DNA of 64,000 bases from the NCBI GenBank assembly GCA_013239625.1, contig MU053661.1:1-64000 (forward strand), read 5' to 3'. Source of the DNA: Lama guanicoe. Taxonomy: Eukaryota. Positions 61,946-64,000 of the stretch are shown here, piece by piece. The translations under genes and the position numbers were made by a program. A model generated the notes under the pieces. It had not been told where the DNA came from, did no database searches, and was given only the letters and a program-made list of their open reading frames with translations. Every line of letters begins with the position of its first letter. Position 1 is the stretch's first letter.

Positions 61946-64000
61946 ATCATATTAATTTCTGATTCTAAATCAAGGGGGCTTTAAGTTTAAACCTCTGACT
62001 CAATTCACCCTTAAATCATATGCGTTTTCTTAGCAGCCCCCAAATTCTACTGTGAAATAAGAAGTATTTTATGTATCATAGAAATACAGATCACTGGTTC
62101 ACCTGCTGAAGAGAGATAAATGAGAACAGAGCAAAGGAGGGGACGAGGCCAACTCCGGAGCAGATGCAGGGGATCATCACCACTCACTGGGCAGTCTGGC
62201 ACATTCAACAAATCCCCCCAAAGATCATTCTTAACAGGACAACAACAACTGGCTCAGTCATCTGCTCCTGCCTTATCTCGGGAGCTCCCCTGGAGCAAAT
62301 GCATCGTAAACCGCAGATAATAAGGAAATGGCTGATAATGATAACAACTGGGAGTGCAATGTCTCTCTGACAAAATATTTATAAAACTCATTGTGGGAAT
62401 GGGAGAGGGCAGGAGGGATGTGACTGAGGAAGGCACTGCCCTGTATTCCTTGTATCTAGCACGTCTGTTCCTAGGTTTTAAAAACTCTTCAATGTTTCTC
62501 AGTTAGTCTGGAGTAGTTGGAACAGGCCAGGGAGGCAAGATTAGAAGAAAGGAGGCAGGGCATGAAGCGGTGCCAGGCTGGTCCACAAAGGGAGACAGAC
62601 ACAGACAGGCAGACACAGAGGGATTTAGGGATGAGGTGGAACAATGAGACGGCTGCTCAGCTGTGTCTTGTTGTTGCTGATAGTTCCCTCAACTGGCTCA
62701 CTGCTGACTCGGCAGTTCTTGGTAAAACCTGTGGATTTCCTCAGCTCTGAGTTCTCTCTGAGGCTTCCGCCTCAGTCTGGAGCTGAGATGAGCTCCGTGG
62801 GCTTAGCCTAGGGGGGACTCAGCTCTGAGAATAGCCTGGAGTACTGGGAAACTTCACGCAGGATCCCCCTTGGGCTGGACCAGCGCTCACAGGGCTGCTG
62901 TGAGACCAGCTCCATCGTCAGAAACCTGGGCGTGGACCATTCCATGGGGAAAAGGGCTGAGCCCGATGCCAAATCAGATAAGAGGGACAAAGTGTGTTCA
63001 TTCTCATGTGACTGGGCTTTGTGGCCTGGCTCACAGATGGCAGGCTCAGAATGGTGTCTGGCAGATTAAACCCTGGCAATGGGTTGAGATATCTTGGACC
63101 CTTTTTTTTCAGCTTTTGTAATACATTCTTATCAACTATCCATCCTGAAAATACCACATTCAAAACTGAAAGAATGTTAGAAGTTGCCTGCTCCAACTTG
63201 CCAGTGGTAAACACACCCTGCTACAGTTAGACAGCAGGTCAGACAGCCTCTGCCTGGATAATTACAGTGATGGGGTGTTCATTACTTCCAAAGTTACATG
63301 TCGGCAAGAAGGTCAGGAAGAATTTTTGAACCTGAAACAGATGTCTGCCTCCTAGTCCTTGCTGAAAGGCTAGGAATAATGAGGATCCCTTCAAATGTAT
63401 TTTGTCTGATAGTTATCCCTCTCTGTCAAAAACACCCCAATTCTTAACATCAATTTTTCAAAATTCAGCTTTGATTTCTTTTTATCAAAGTTATACCATA
63501 CCTCATTAAAGAGTCAAACAGTTCTCGAACACCGATTGTAAAAAGGAGCAGTTCCCAGCAACCGCCCCATTTCCTGGCCAGAAGCAACCACGTTCAGCTC
63601 CTACTGCTGACTCCTGGAATAATTACTCCCTATCTCTGACTAATATCCTTGTAACACAGCCTACTGACTTTTTCAGCTTTATGTATCACCTATTTAATTA
63701 TCTGTTTTGGAAAATGAGGATTAAGCTCCGTTTCAAATCCCATCTATTCTACACACCCAAACCTTCATTCTTCCAACCTTTTGATACAATCACATTATAA
63801 TTTTGATCAGCTCAGTAGCCTTGCTTTACATTATTAGCTCTCTGTACAGACTGTTCACAGCTGTAGCAATTTGGCTGCCAGGCTTACTTTTTTCTTCCCT
63901 ACTTTGTTTTTCCTGGCGTTAATAATTGTCCTGGTGGTTCATGGCTCGGATTTCTGTGCACTTAACAATTCAACCCCAGACCTTCTGCTAATGAATAACT

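Overview
Mammalian DNA, most likely camelid (camelid-type tRNA-derived SINEs and cetartiodactyl L1 3' ends), with four N gaps and no intact protein-coding gene. Three structures dominate. (1) An unprocessed, intron-containing pseudogene copy of ANO6 (anoctamin-6/TMEM16F) on the minus strand, 61739 to 21788. Eight exons are recognisable (8 and 11-17, numbered from my recollection of human ANO6), and every one has a frameshift, stop codon or dead splice donor. Exons 9-10 appear deleted and no exon 18 was found. (2) A palindrome of at least 25.5 kb: bases 1-~9000 are the reverse complement of ~16720-25513 and carry a second, converging copy of exon 17. Arm identity is ~92% at exon 17, with near-identical patches elsewhere. 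(3) At the palindrome centre, a ~249-bp satellite array (~36 monomers, 8403-17314) that flips orientation at ~10756 and is layered into diverged and homogeneous monomer types. The rest is intron with L1, L2, MIR, LTR, MER5-like and SINE relics and a 432-bp tandem duplication. I found no new enzymatic system; the best candidate for something undescribed is the satellite-centred ANO6-pseudogene palindrome. All alignments were done by eye and repeat family names are tentative.
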